DNA from: Hormiphora californensis
Lineage: Eukaryota; Animalia; Ctenophora
DNA length: 64,000 nucleotides
NCBI GenBank assembly: GCA_020137815.1
Contig: CM035357.1
Coordinates: forward strand, 2,790,001 to 2,854,000
Direction of reading: 5' to 3'
In this document: piece by piece, positions 12,387-24,600 of the stretch
Position numbering within the stretch: position 1 is the stretch's first letter
How the letters are laid out: each line of letters starts with the position of its first letter
Program-made: the position numbers and the translations under genes
The notes under the pieces: model-generated
The model's database searches: none
What the model was told of the DNA's origin: nothing
The model's input: only the letters and a program-made list of their open reading frames with translations

Positions 12387-15300
12387 TCAAATTCCTTCAC
12401 GTGAAACGGAATCATACACAGTTGTGATATCTGAATGAAAAGCGGTTTCTTGGATATCACAGCAACTAGGATGATTCATCTGCAAATTCGCATTATCAGT
12501 TGAATGACATGGCTCTCCTGTCCTGTTCACTGGTTTGTTAACACAACTAGTGCTTTCCAGGCGAGAATTGTTGACAATATCAGCCGGCTCGGGTAAAACT
12601 GGTACACCACGGAACATGGCAAATATTCTATTAACGACAGGCCTCAACACGTCAAACACTCTAGTCAGTATATCACTGTACAAAAGTGGGTTTAGTATAG
12701 AGTTAATAGGTAGGATGTTGAGGGAGAAGACCTGGTACCACGGTGACATATCGACAACCTCAGCCGTATGGAGGGCACAACAGATCAAAAAGGGTAGCCA
12801 GCAACAAAAGTCCGTTACACACACTAAAGTCACTTTCCGACCGAGTCGACTGTTGGTGCGTCGGTTAACCCCAGGCACCTCCGCTTTGTTCGATAAAACT
12901 ACTATTAAGATATGGCACATCGCAACGGACACAAAGCAGAGGAAGTGAAGGCTGATGTAGAACCAGACAAAGACAACCTGGGGATCATCGGAGAGGACAA
13001 AGAACTTAAACATACAAACTGGATCGTTACCGTAGAATGACACCTTTCTTCCTGAAACAGTCCCATAATCCGTGGAAAACATTTCCGCTACCATTCCCTG
13101 AATTGTATTCCAGGAAATATCTGCCTTCCGTCGGGAGCGTTCAGTGTACCTTGCCCCGTTGTAACCATAGAAAATTTGCAGAATCTGCGTCTTATCCACC
13201 GTACCAAGGAAGAGTGCTATATTTCTAGGGAATACAAGACCGTTGACAAACCAGTCCTCGAGAGTATCCGAAAGAGGCACTAACGCAAAAACGAGAGCAA
13301 TAAGCATAATGGACAATATGCATATAACAACTTTAAGCCGAAGCTCCTTCGAGACATCGTCAGACTGCCTGTAACGAAGAGCTCTTCTTGTACCATAAAG
13401 TCGGTAGACACTTATACCGGCCATGGCTAAGGAGGAAACTGTCGCTCCGACCGTGTTAAGTACCCCTATGAAGTTGCAAGACCTTCCACTCATCCACTCC
13501 AAACGCTTTACACAGAAATCCGTGTTTTTCATCCAATGTAGAGTTATCAAGCTAAGCAGATAGCAAGGAGTAAAAAGATCTCCAAAGGAGATTGCAAGTA
13601 CAAATACATGGTTCACAAAGGCCCCGCTTTTCTCAGGGAGTTTCTTGAGAGATGTTTTCACGAAGGCTGGAAGTCCTATAACGAGTCCCAGGACTCCCAT
13701 GAAAAATCCAATCACAGTCATTGTATGATCTTCAACTACTTTTCTGCTGCAGCTACTATTGCATTCATCAGAAAAGTCCTTGCAATCAGTTTTTCCATCG
13801 CATTTCTGGCTCAGATGTAAGAACGAGGAATTATCAGCACACCGAAAATTGTTGCCACACCCGGCTTCCTCATCAGACCTGTCCCCACAGTCATCAACCA
13901 GATCACACACTCTCTCAAAGAGAATACATCTTTTATTTTTGCACACGAACACGTTGTTATGAAATGCAGTTTTATGTCGGAAAACCGATGTCACAACACT
14001 TAACTTTGTGTTAAGCGAGTAAACAGCTATCTTTAGATTGTGACAGGAGCTATGGAGCACTGGTCTTTTCAAAGGGCATTCGGCATTTGTACATTGTCCA
14101 GTACAGCTGTAAAAGACGTATGCCTCACCGTAAAAGTATCTGCAATCTTGCTTCCGGTGCACCGTAACAATGGATGTTGTGAGGTTTTTACCGAAGAATT
14201 GGTGAAATGAATGGTTGAATGGTTGTTCTGAACATTGCTCCTTCATATGAAGGAGCACCGATGATAGACCTTTGTTGCATACATTTCCAACCAGTACCTC
14301 ATTTCCAAATACGTTTCCGGTTGGAGATTGGAAAAGGGCTTTCTTTAGATTTACCCTTCTTCTTGCACTCTGACAGGCCCCATTATCACACGTCTGTATC
14401 GAAGAACACATGGTGGAAGTTTCCAGGAATTCTGAATGGTTACCATGACACAAAAACACGTTCGAGCATGGTGCCGTATCCACCTTAATCCGCAGAGAGG
14501 TGCCATTGCCACACTTTTCCCAATCACGTTTTTCGTCGATGCCACTCTCACAATCTACTACCCCATCTAGGATCCAATCCACTGGAACTCGAGAAAATTT
14601 TCCAAATCGCCTCTGACATGTGTGAGTGGTAAGTTTGCCAGTTCCACAGAACATTTTACCCTCATCCATACCACCTGCACAATCGTCTATACCATCACAG
14701 AGCCTGTGCTTGTGAATGTAACAGTACCGACCAATTCTGACACACTTCAACTCTATACCATCATCACACAACTGTGGAGATGTATTGCCATCACAGATCA
14801 CATAGATGGAAATTGTGCTAGGATAACCGTTCACCAGACAGCTGCCCCCAACCTTTGCTGGATCGGTGCAATTAGTTTGGTCCAACCCAGTGTCTATGCA
14901 GTAGGTTGACCTTTGATCAGTGTAGACGTTGTCATTTCGACCTTTGATTGTCAAAAAACATCTTGACCCGTTATACAAGGGAAAGTTGCCTCTCGGTCCT
15001 GATATGTCAGTTGCTTCACAAAAATGTGTATCTTGATCCCAAGGAGGGGTGGTTCCTTTTTTCGGCATTCCTTGGAAAGGCATGAACACCAGATCGTTTG
15101 AAATACTTCCGTAGACGATCCCCGCACCACAATCCCGCTCCTCGACACATGTCAAATCGAGATTTGGTGCGAGAGCCTTATCCATCCAGATATCGTCACA
15201 TATCCCATCACAAACCCCTCCTAGTTTCAAGGTGACCTCGATAATACTTCCATCCTGTAGAGTGAGCGGATGACGCATAGTGCCCACAGTTATATCGCTA

Positions 15301-15803
15301 CACGTCTGAACGTCTTTGTGAACAAAGTTACCTTTCAAGCCATCGAGACAGACAACTCCACAAACGGGCGGCTGGTCGAACATTTCAACGATACCCCAAC
15401 GAACGCTAAAGAAATTATCGCTTTTAAATGACCCACATGCCTGGTACATAGCGTCGTCATTTGGACATCGCAAAGAATATTCAGTTGTGACTAAACGTGT
15501 TCTCATGTTGTAGGTTCCTTTTCTTGTGTAGGTCACATTGGGTGCGGTAATGCACTGGAAGGTAGCCTCGTGCACCATCGAATAGTCATCCTTGCTACAA
15601 AGTCGGACTATGAATCCATGGTGATTAACAATGGGACAAAGATGCACCTCTTCATAAGTATCAGGCGGGGTTGAATTGACTCTGGACATGGAGTTTACCG
15701 GGGGGTTAACTAAACTCTCATGATCTCTAGTGAGGTTTGTTGTCCAGAGAGAACTGGACCCGACTGTTGGAAGTAGCACGAGTCCAATCATTGAAAGGAA
15801 CAT
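12387..15803 (-). CDS. Intronless LDLa-repeat class A GPCR (GRL101/RXFP-like 7TM), 1138 aa
   Basis: Signal peptide; Cys-rich ectodomain with LDLa modules (CDGIDDCAGGMDE, CDLVDDCGDRSDE, CDGKTDCKDFSDEC); 7TM with FGDL, ISVYRL, TDFCCWLPF and LPINSILNPLLYS. Confidence 0.93.
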   Translation of the reverse strand: MFLSMIGLVLLPTVGSSSLWTTNLTRDHESLVNPPVNSMSRVNSTPPDTYEEVHLCPIVNHHGFIVRLCSKDDYSMVHEATFQCITAPNVTYTRKGTYNMRTRLVTTEYSLRCPNDDAMYQACGSFKSDNFFSVRWGIVEMFDQPPVCGVVCLDGLKGNFVHKDVQTCSDITVGTMRHPLTLQDGSIIEVTLKLGGVCDGICDDIWMDKALAPNLDLTCVEERDCGAGIVYGSISNDLVFMPFQGMPKKGTTPPWDQDTHFCEATDISGPRGNFPLYNGSRCFLTIKGRNDNVYTDQRSTYCIDTGLDQTNCTDPAKVGGSCLVNGYPSTISIYVICDGNTSPQLCDDGIELKCVRIGRYCYIHKHRLCDGIDDCAGGMDEGKMFCGTGKLTTHTCQRRFGKFSRVPVDWILDGVVDCESGIDEKRDWEKCGNGTSLRIKVDTAPCSNVFLCHGNHSEFLETSTMCSSIQTCDNGACQSARRRVNLKKALFQSPTGNVFGNEVLVGNVCNKGLSSVLLHMKEQCSEQPFNHSFHQFFGKNLTTSIVTVHRKQDCRYFYGEAYVFYSCTGQCTNAECPLKRPVLHSSCHNLKIAVYSLNTKLSVVTSVFRHKTAFHNNVFVCKNKRCILFERVCDLVDDCGDRSDEEAGCGNNFRCADNSSFLHLSQKCDGKTDCKDFSDECNSSCSRKVVEDHTMTVIGFFMGVLGLVIGLPAFVKTSLKKLPEKSGAFVNHVFVLAISFGDLFTPCYLLSLITLHWMKNTDFCVKRLEWMSGRSCNFIGVLNTVGATVSSLAMAGISVYRLYGTRRALRYRQSDDVSKELRLKVVICILSIMLIALVFALVPLSDTLEDWFVNGLVFPRNIALFLGTVDKTQILQIFYGYNGARYTERSRRKADISWNTIQGMVAEMFSTDYGTVSGRKVSFYGNDPVCMFKFFVLSDDPQVVFVWFYISLHFLCFVSVAMCHILIVVLSNKAEVPGVNRRTNSRLGRKVTLVCVTDFCCWLPFLICCALHTAEVVDMSPWYQVFSLNILPINSILNPLLYSDILTRVFDVLRPVVNRIFAMFRGVPVLPEPADIVNNSRLESTSCVNKPVNRTGEPCHSTDNANLQMNHPSCCDIQETAFHSDITTVYDSVSREGI

Positions 15804-16613
15804 CTTCCTGTAGACATTGTATAATTGGTATACGTTACACTTTAATTAACAGATAATTAATTGATATAGGAGGCCGGAGGGAATATCAGGCAAACTTTTT
15901 CTTCAAGTGCAAATTAAATGAAAGAGGCAGCCTAACGTACCAAAAAGAACTTTTACAGACAGCTTCACGTATTAAGCTTTTCCCTCCTCCAATGAGAACG
16001 CTCTATAGCTGTATGTACGAGGGGGGCGACATCTAGTTTCTTCTGAGTGCTTGGTCTCTTCATGGGTAATAGTTGTATGATATTGGGATTGAGGACAACT
16101 AAACTAAAATCAACTTTGCCATATTGAGAGTTGTCAATAAAAAGGCCCTAAAGGAACCTCAACTATCTAAATATTTCTAAGTGGTCAATATTGTATGACG
16201 TTTTTGATTTGATTGAAGGAATTTGATATAGAACGAAATATAGAAAAGTAGAAAAATCAAACACCTTAAAATCAGTCCGTAATCTCAACTATTCAAACTT
16301 CAAATTGCTCAATGTTGTATGACGTTGCAGAGAATTTATATCCTCAATTTGCAGGATAAAATATAAAGGATTGCGCTATCTTTTATAACATATCACACGA
16401 GAGGCACACGAGGAAGAAATCACACGTCCGTGATTGTCCGTATCATGCATAATGTTATTTTCTGAATAATCCGAGCTAGAATTATTTTATTTTGATATTA
16501 TACCAAAATTTTGATATTATACCAAATTTTGATATTATACCACCAAATATGTTGATATTATACCAAAAACTAACAGACACCTTAGGCAATGGTCCTTTGC
16601 TCCCTGAAATCAC

Positions 16614-16859
16614 TACCTTACTCTCGTTAATTAAGCTCGCATATTTCAAGAAACTTTTAAATAAGAAACTTTTTTTTCTAGGAAACTACAGGTGTAAGCA
16701 ATCCAAAAACAAAAAGAATTTATCCTTTATCAAGAAACTAAACAAGTTAGGGGTGTTCTATTTTGTTGTGGTGTCTCTGAATTTTGTGATTTACATTTGA
16801 AAAGTTTCTTATAAAAAAGTTTCTTACTAAAGCGTTTCTTAAAAAGCGAGAGTAAGGTA
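16614..16859. mobile_element. MITE
   Basis: TIR taccttactctcg / cgagagtaaggta with internal aagaaact / agtttctt repeats. Confidence 0.65.
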
Positions 16860-17209
16860 TTTTATAAACCCCGATAGCTTTCTTATCAGTCCTTTGAAGA
16901 TTTTACGTAAACAAATAGAAACAAGTTAGTTAGTCGGCACCCGGTTCACTGCAACTGTGATTTTACGTAAACACGTGTCAATTGCGAGTTGGGGAATTAC
17001 ACACCCTGCTTGCGATTCAACAGGCCAGTGCCCTTTCACGCGGTTCTCTTCATTTGAATAACATTTTTGTAAAATTCAAAGTAATAAAAATGTGTGTAAA
17101 CACATAGTTCTGTCAATACCAGGGGAGGGGAACACATTTGCAACATACAGATGACAAACGTTAGGGCGGGAAGGTCTAAAAAACACATTTGCAACCCTTT
17201 GTGCGGGTT

Positions 17210-17500
17210 CATTTATTGTGTACAATTGATATTCTGAATGTAATTGACTATTCAATAATTAAGAGTAAGACAAGACATAGCTTGAGAGTGTGCCCCAGAC
17301 AGACCAACAAACGATAAATATCAAACCAGACCAAGACCCTCCCAAAGGCAAAATGTTACCTACCCGACCAAGACCCTCTCAAAGGCAAAACGTTAAGGGG
17401 GAGAGAATTGAAAGGGACTCAGCGCCATAGTTACCACATACCCGGGAGGTTTGCTGAGCGTATTCCATGGTTTAGTGACAAACAAACAAACAAACTGACA
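17210..17500 (+). repeat. Dispersed repeat, also at about 58558-58990
   Basis: Near-identical to the 58.6-kb copy, which carries more internal 32-bp units (gaccaagaccctctcaaaggcaaaacgttacc). Both end in (aaac)n. Confidence 0.85.
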
Positions 17501-17537
17501 AAACTTTGAGATTTTCTAATTTTTGACTATTTCGCAG

Positions 17538-20500
17538 GATATAAAGCAGTTCCTCGAAAACTACAAAAGTGATTTGCAACTATTGAAACAGGTATAACTG
17601 TCGACATGATCTAATAGAACACATGTACACATGTGCATGATGAACATGATGTACATGATGTACATCTTTGGGTTAGATTGTGTTACAAATTTGTAAATTA
17701 ATCCAAACATTACACCATTTGTAAAACTCCATACACTGTCACAGGGAGGAAAGTTTGAGGATTTACCAAAAGGGTTTATTTCTGAGAGGAACTACTATGC
17801 AGCGTCCAACATTGTATCTCCCCCTGAGTGTACTGCCCTTGTTAACCTCATAAAGGTAAATATCACACGGCTGCAATTAAGGTATTATTAATTAGTGTAG
17901 GGAAAGAGAATATAGAAAGGGCTGCAAAGAACTTTTTTCGTACGTTTCATTATGTAATGTGCGGGATCAGAGACTGAAGAAGACAAAGTTAATCATCATT
18001 CATCAATTTAATTGTCTTGTTACTCGATTATCTTGTTACTTGATTAAACAATTAATCAATTAATTTTCTAGGAGCACGGCAAGGAGAATGACGGATATGA
18101 AGCGTACCAAAATAAGGGATCTTCTCCGTTCACTGACTCGGAGAAGTTCTACGGGCTGGAACTTGACGCTATAATTGAGGTACCATAGCAACAACAATGA
18201 TATTGTTGGCCCATGGCAACCGTCCTCACCATTATAGAGTTTTTTTCTGGGAGGTTCAGGTACCATGGGAACAACAGTAATCAATCCTTTCTCTCTATTA
18301 TAGATTGGATGGGTGCGCTAGTATAGTCATTTAGAACTCTATTATTTCGAAGGAATTCTTAGAAACCCTTTAGCATTTAGACAGTTTTTCGAGCTGTCAA
18401 AGAGGGTTTAATGAACAACACGCATCACGTGAGTCTCTTTGACAAGTTAACCATTTGAATATTTAAACACCCACTGGTATCAAATTGGGACTGGGGATGA
18501 CATTGCTCATGTCTATTACCCTCTCCCTGCCCTGATAGTTCACATATTTGAAGGGCACGAAGAAAACCCAAGACAAGTTAACTTGTCAAAAAGACATGTG
18601 ATATGCTCTTTGACAGCTCGAAATTGATCGTCATTCAAAGGTTTCTAATTCCAGGAAAACATATTGTGCCTCTTTGCTAACTAGATAGATTTAAAGCAGC
18701 ATTTAGAGTAAAACCATAATAGTCTTCAATAAAAGGTCTAAAATGCTGTGAACTGTCTAAAAGGTCAAAGGTGTCAAAGTATTTTCTCGATATTTACTTC
18801 TAAATGTTTTATGGCTATTAGTGGCACGATGGTTAGAGATTCTAAACAGTAAACGTGATAACTTTAGTATTCAATCTGTTGTGACTGGGAAATGATTTGC
18901 AAATAGCTAATTCACTTGCCTAGCTAGACCCCCTTTCTCACGCTCCAATAATTCCCTTTCTCCAGTTGTTGGAGGATGGCCAGGTGGAGGTTCCAGTGGC
19001 CCAGCTATTCCTGGATGCAGTCAATGCAGCTAAGGATCACGTGGAGAGGAACTTCAAACTAACTCGACCTCTGTACTTTGATTATGTTCACCTTGTACTC
19101 CGATCTGCAATCCCAGGTAGACACTTTGAGACATGTGGTTATAATGCCCAAATAAGGAGTTGAGCCACGTGGTTATAAAGCCCAAATAAGGAGTTGAGCC
19201 ACGTGGTTACAATGCCCAAATAAGGAGTTGAGCCACGTGATAAACAATGTATCTTTCTGTGTACAGGTGTTGAGAGGGAGGAGTTCTCACACCCGATTCA
19301 TGGAGATAATTGTGTGTTGCGGATGTCTGATAAGAGCTGTACTAAGGAGGAACCAGCATTTACACACAGGGACTGGTCTGGACTACTTTACCTCCTTCCG
19401 TTAGTAGTCCATATAGGATCATGCAACTTAAACCCGGGGGCGGGGGTGGGGGATGTGGCGGGGGTGGGGGGACTTACCCGCCTCAGGGGCCAGGGTACTA
19501 AAAATTTCTATAAGAGAACGGTTATCATTCTATAGAATGTAGATCTAGGGTATATCTACATTCTATAGTACATACTTAGTAGGATCATGCAACTTCCCGG
19601 GGGGGGGGGGGGGGGGGTCTCATTCTATAGAATGTAGATCTAGATCTAACCTTCTGTGCGTACTTGTATGTTTCACAAGCTTACTTTAAAATATATAGGG
19701 TCTGAGTGCAGTTGAACAAGTTAACCAGACAAGCTGCTGCAAAATCATGTCTTTATTGGGGTATTACCGCTAAAAGTATGCAGTTCTTAGTAAACTATGT
19801 AGTTATGTTAATCAACAAGTTATGTTGCTATCAATTCCTAGAATCCACTGTCTAGACTACATAGCATTCTGTGAAGTAACTAACTGCAGAATTTTCGCAC
19901 GACCTCTACCAAAAATTTAGTCCTGAACATATTTTACCTTTTGAAATGACACCATGGATTATAATACCGGAAAGGCAGAAAATGTATTCAAAATAACCAC
20001 AGTCTACCAGTAATTAGTAATTTCTAACAACACCTGAAATATCTACATAATAATATGAAATGTACGACAAGCTACCATGATATAATTTCCTGTTCCACAC
20101 GCAGGCCAAAGGAGGGTGGAGAGTTTGTGATCGTTGATCAAGATTTCACTGAGCTGGCATCAGTGACTCCCAACTGTGGAACAGTGGTTGGGTTCACAGG
20201 TGGCACCTACCATGGTGTGAAGAGTATCCAGAAGGGCAAACGGGTCGCCATAGGTCAGTTGTATGAGATTTATACTATCAATCAATTTTAATTATGTTAT
20301 CATCCTTGGTTCTTTTTCATTGTTATCAATGTTTAAAAATAAAGAATGTGGATAATATCGTGACTCAATTTAGTATATCCACTGGATATACTAAATTGAG
20401 TATCATGATTATGCAGATCTGCTTTAACAAACATACTACTGCAGGTCTATGGTTTACCTACAGCATTGCTAATGCGATGGATATGGAGTCCTACCAGCGG

Positions 20501-20557
20501 AGGATAGAGAGTGTGGCGATCCAGGATGACACGCCACAATACAGAGATGAACTTTAG
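17538..20557 (+). CDS. Prolyl 3-hydroxylase (leprecan/P3H family) 2OG-Fe(II) dioxygenase; exons 17538-17591, 17745-17855, 18072-18179, 18966-19116, 19267-19399, 20105-20253, 20445-20557; start exon not found
   Basis: Motifs DGY..SPFTDSEKFYG, LYFDYVHLVLRSA, SHPIHGDNC (HxD), CTKEEPAFTHRDWSGLLYL, GGEF, HGVKSIQKGKRVAIGLWFT, and C-terminal RDEL* ER-retention signal. Splice phases are consistent. Confidence 0.9.
18352..18652. mobile_element. MITE-like inverted-repeat element in P3H intron
   Basis: tagaaaccct..ttcgagctgtcaaagag at the left end versus ctctttgacagctcgaa..ggtttcta at the right end. Confidence 0.6.
19133..19238. repeat. Tandem repeat, about 32-bp unit x3
   Basis: cacgtggttataatgcccaaataaggagttgagc repeated. 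Confidence 0.85.
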
Positions 20558-20713
20558 ATGAACTAATTTATACATTTTACAATTTATACATTGTACAACT
20601 TATACATTGTACAATTACAAATTTAAATGAACATTATTTAACTGTGAAGTAGTGTGAGTAGTTTAGAGAAACAGTTTTTGTTAGTTGTAAAAATATATAT
20701 TTATTATGAGTTA

Positions 20714-21318
20714 CTAGTAGGCCCGTTCGCCCTACGGGCGAATTTCGGGGAAATGATAGCTGGATTAGGGAACGCTGACATCACCTGCACCATCCGTTCC
20801 TAGCCTATCTCTCACTTTCTCCCTACTCATGTTCGTGTACGCTCTGGGCTTCCTGACAATGTCGAGGTGCGAATTTAAGAGATCAATGTCATGGAGGTGC
20901 AGTGCTGTTCCAGAAACTCATCACGTGAAAACTTGGCCGCTATGTAGCCGATTTGGAGATTTCTATATTCGACTGGAGTAATCACCCTTGGGCGACTTTG
21001 GGTAAAGCTATCCGTAGTCGTTGATTGGCTCGCTTGAACACGTTGGCGTAATCTGTCATATTCTCTAGCCTGCTCCCTGACAGCAGCAGTTCTCCTGGAC
21101 CTAGATAAACGTTGCCGAATAGCACTTTGGGTGGAAGAGCTAGACATCAGGATTCAGGACAGAAGTAAAAGAATGCACGTGCAGAATTGAATTTCCCCTT
21201 GGTACCCAACTGCAACTGGGAGAGAGGTCTCCACTCTCCAGGTCACTCTAATAATTGCACGTGCAAGTGTAGTTGCTAGGTGACCTCCGTTACACAATTT
21301 GCTTAGTAAGTAGTATGA
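20714..21318 (-). mobile_element. Non-autonomous Helitron
   Basis: On the minus strand it begins A|TCATACTAC and ends with hairpin gcccgtagggcgaacgggc plus CTACTAG|T. It has a 90-aa R/E-rich ORF. A second copy lies at 60799-61560. Confidence 0.8.
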
Positions 21319-21624
21319 TTATCATTTGTATTTTGGAACAATATTTTTGAGATGAATTTGAATTTATATTTTTCTAGAGTTTTATATTTTTAGATAGAGC
21401 TCATGACATTCACACAGTGTGTGCTATTTCGTTGTTTCTATAGCCGGGTTATTGTTTGTAAAATGTTTTATACGGGGATTTATTTTTCAGTGATCTAACA
21501 AAACAGATCACCAACTAAATAATGCTTTTCTCAATTCAAATAAAACTGTCTTCAAATTACTAAAATTACTTGCTGAGGATTACTCAACAAAACATTGCCA
21601 GTCTATATTTCTACAAATATTTTC

Positions 21625-24600
21625 TCAAGAATGAATGCCAAAGCGAAGTATTGCTTTGATCCTTGCTCGAATATGGCTGCCCCTCACTAAGTGTACGACT
21701 CCATTTAGCGCACTATTCAGACAAGCCATTGTCTTGATTGCTGCATCAATATACACAATCCCCATGGCACTGTCGGTGAAGGGCCGGGACTTGGCTACGA
21801 TTCGTGTTACAAAATATATGATCCACAATCCGTAGCAAAATATGTAGTTCAACGTCATTAGTACCACTGTAGTTGCAGTATGGTAGTCTTTCTTTATTGC
21901 CTGTAGGATATGTGAATTAGAAATTATGAATTTTAGTAGATTTATATATTGAGGAGGTGACGAAGATGGCAATAGAGCTAAAATATGATTGGTTAATTTA
22001 GCGCTGAAAAGCACCGAATTATCCCGAGGAGGCTGGTTAACAACTACAGGGGCCTGCAGCGTTTGCCAAACTTTAGTTTATCATTTTCTTCACTCTGCGA
22101 AACTAAGTCTTTCAAATACCTTCGATTTCCATTCGCATATTGGTCCAAATTGTTTTGCGGTATGGTGACCTCCCCCTCCCCCTCCTCCGTGATGGATTGG
22201 TTGAATAAAACTGTTCCCTTGCTCCGGTTTAGAGTCCTGAAAGAAATATTTGAACTACTTCCTGACAGAAATATTTGAACGTTGATGAGTCCTGAGATCG
22301 ATGTGTCGGGAAATAGGGGAATTCTGGGGAACTCACTATCAAAAAGAGGAAAGTTTTGACATTTCCTCTTTCTTCTGGAATAGGAAATGCCATGTTTGAA
22401 GAAAAGGGCAAACTGTCAGTTATATGTCTTGTGTAAGAAAAAAAGGGAAACAACAAATCGATTTGACAGGCCCAGGGGGATGGCGATCCAATCAAAAGTG
22501 GTTCTGGGGAACTCACTAAAGATCAAAAAGAGGAAAGTTTTGACATGTCCTTTTTCTTCTGGAATAGGAAATTCCATGTTTGGGGAAAGGGCAAACTGTC
22601 AGTTATATATCGATTTGACAGGCCCGATTTGACAGGCCAAGGGGGATGGCGATCCAATCAAAAGTGGTTCTGGGGAACTCACTATAGATCAAAAAGAGGA
22701 AAGTTTTGACATTTCCTTTTTCTTCTGGAATAGGAAATTCCATGTTTGGGGAAAAGGGCAAACTGTCAGTTATATATCGATTTGACAGGCCCGATTTGAC
22801 AGGCCAAGGGGGATGGCGATCCAATCAAAAGTGGTTGTCCTAAATTCATTATTATCAAAACTGACTGCGAATTCCTGACTGAACCTGACAATATAATCTA
22901 CCTGTTCGAGTGCTGTTGTATCAAGCTCCATGGTACTTCGTTTTAAATTCTCCTAAAAAGAAGGGATAATTAGAAATGTATTACAGTCGGACCCCGATTT
23001 AGTGGCCCCCGATTTAGTGGCACCCTGATTTAGTGGTAGGATTTTTTTCCTCCGATATAGGAAATTAACATTATTTGACCCCCATTTAGTGGCACCCCGA
23101 TTTAGTGGCAGAATTTTTCCCCCGAGGATGCCACTAAATCGGGGTCCGACTGTATATAAAGTTGTGTGATATGTGTGTCCCCATACAACATGAAGCCGAA
23201 TAACTGGGAATGCTTTTAAGAAGGAATGGGGAAGCACTAATTGAACTGTCAGTTAGTGCTGCAGGTCAGGAAGCATTTAAAGGGTTAAATAGATTGCAAC
23301 CTTTTAAATGTTGACAAGATACCTAAAACTTTTCGTTAATCGTATTTTTTCGATTTATCAGGAGTTTTAAGCATTTTTTCAGATTTTTTTGTCGTGTAGA
23401 AAAATATTCGAAACAGGGCGCTTTCCAGCGCCACGCCCCAATTCTTTACAACTTTGGCTGCTGAAAAAGTATAGCGCGGCTGAAATCTACCCTGGGATAT
23501 ACTTTTTCAGCAGCCAAAGTTATTAAGAATCGGGGCGCGGCGCTGGAAAGCGCCCTGTTTCGAATATTTTTCTACACGAAAAAAAAATGAAAAAATGCTT
23601 AAAACTCCCGATAAATCGAAAAAATACCATTAAAGAAAAGTTTTAGGTATCTTGTCAACCTTTAAGGGTTCAGGTATGCATCTTGGGACTGGAAGTGGAA
23701 GTTTTAATAACATGCAGTTTGATGAACATCACATTCTTATAAGAATCCAACTCGGTAACAGGGCAAGGGTTGTTGAGTAACTCAACAACAGGGAGCATTC
23801 AAAATTTACCTGGCCCTGTTTAATGATTACCTGTCTTGAAGTACTGGATTGAGAGGAGAGTCCAATAGATTTGAAGAGGTGTACCAATACTGCAGCGTTA
23901 CATAGCATCAGTACACAGAGGGGTGCTAACAGGGGCACCAGGATGAAACACACCATGATATACTCCTGTAAAATTATGTATAATGTACATATTATAATGT
24001 ATAATGTATTATTAATGAATTATTAATATAATATAAATACTTGACAGTAACATTTCGATGGAAAGGCAGATCAACAGTGTTAAGAAGCAATGTGGAATGC
24101 TTCTCAAGAATTTGTGGCAGGTTAACCGATGTCTGGATAAACCGACCAAGATGCTTTTGGTGAAGCAACTCATCATTTCGAGACTTGACTACTGTAATGT
24201 CCTTTATTCTGGCTTACCAAAGAAGCTCCTGGATAGCTTGCAGCGAGTTCTGAACTCATGTGTCAGATTTGTGTATGGCCTGTATGGTCACCAGGACAGT
24301 TACATGCCCTACTTGAGTGAAATGCACGTCCTCCCGATTGAACAGCGAGTTAAGTTCAAGGTTTGCTTAATGGCGTACAAGATTGTACATGGCTTGGCTC
24401 CAGTGTACCTGCAGGAACAGGTCCCTGTGGATGATGGACTGCATGTGATCCGGACTACCAGAGGAAACGCTCGGCCTGATGGCCTCAAGCTGATGTATCC
24501 TAAGCTATCCAGTGTGAATGCAACTTCTAAGTTGAGGAGGAGACGTCCGTCGGTTTATCTGCCTGAAATCTGGAATAAGCTTTCCATTGATCTGAGAGCA

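Noticed and set aside
12535-15148. Short ORFs overlapping the 1138-aa GPCR
   Set aside because: Antisense or alternate-frame shadows of a long CDS.
21625-21900. Opsin identity for the multi-exon GPCR (Lys in TM7)
   Set aside because: The Lys is 10 residues before the NPxxY-equivalent Asn; the retinal-binding position 7.43 is Cys.
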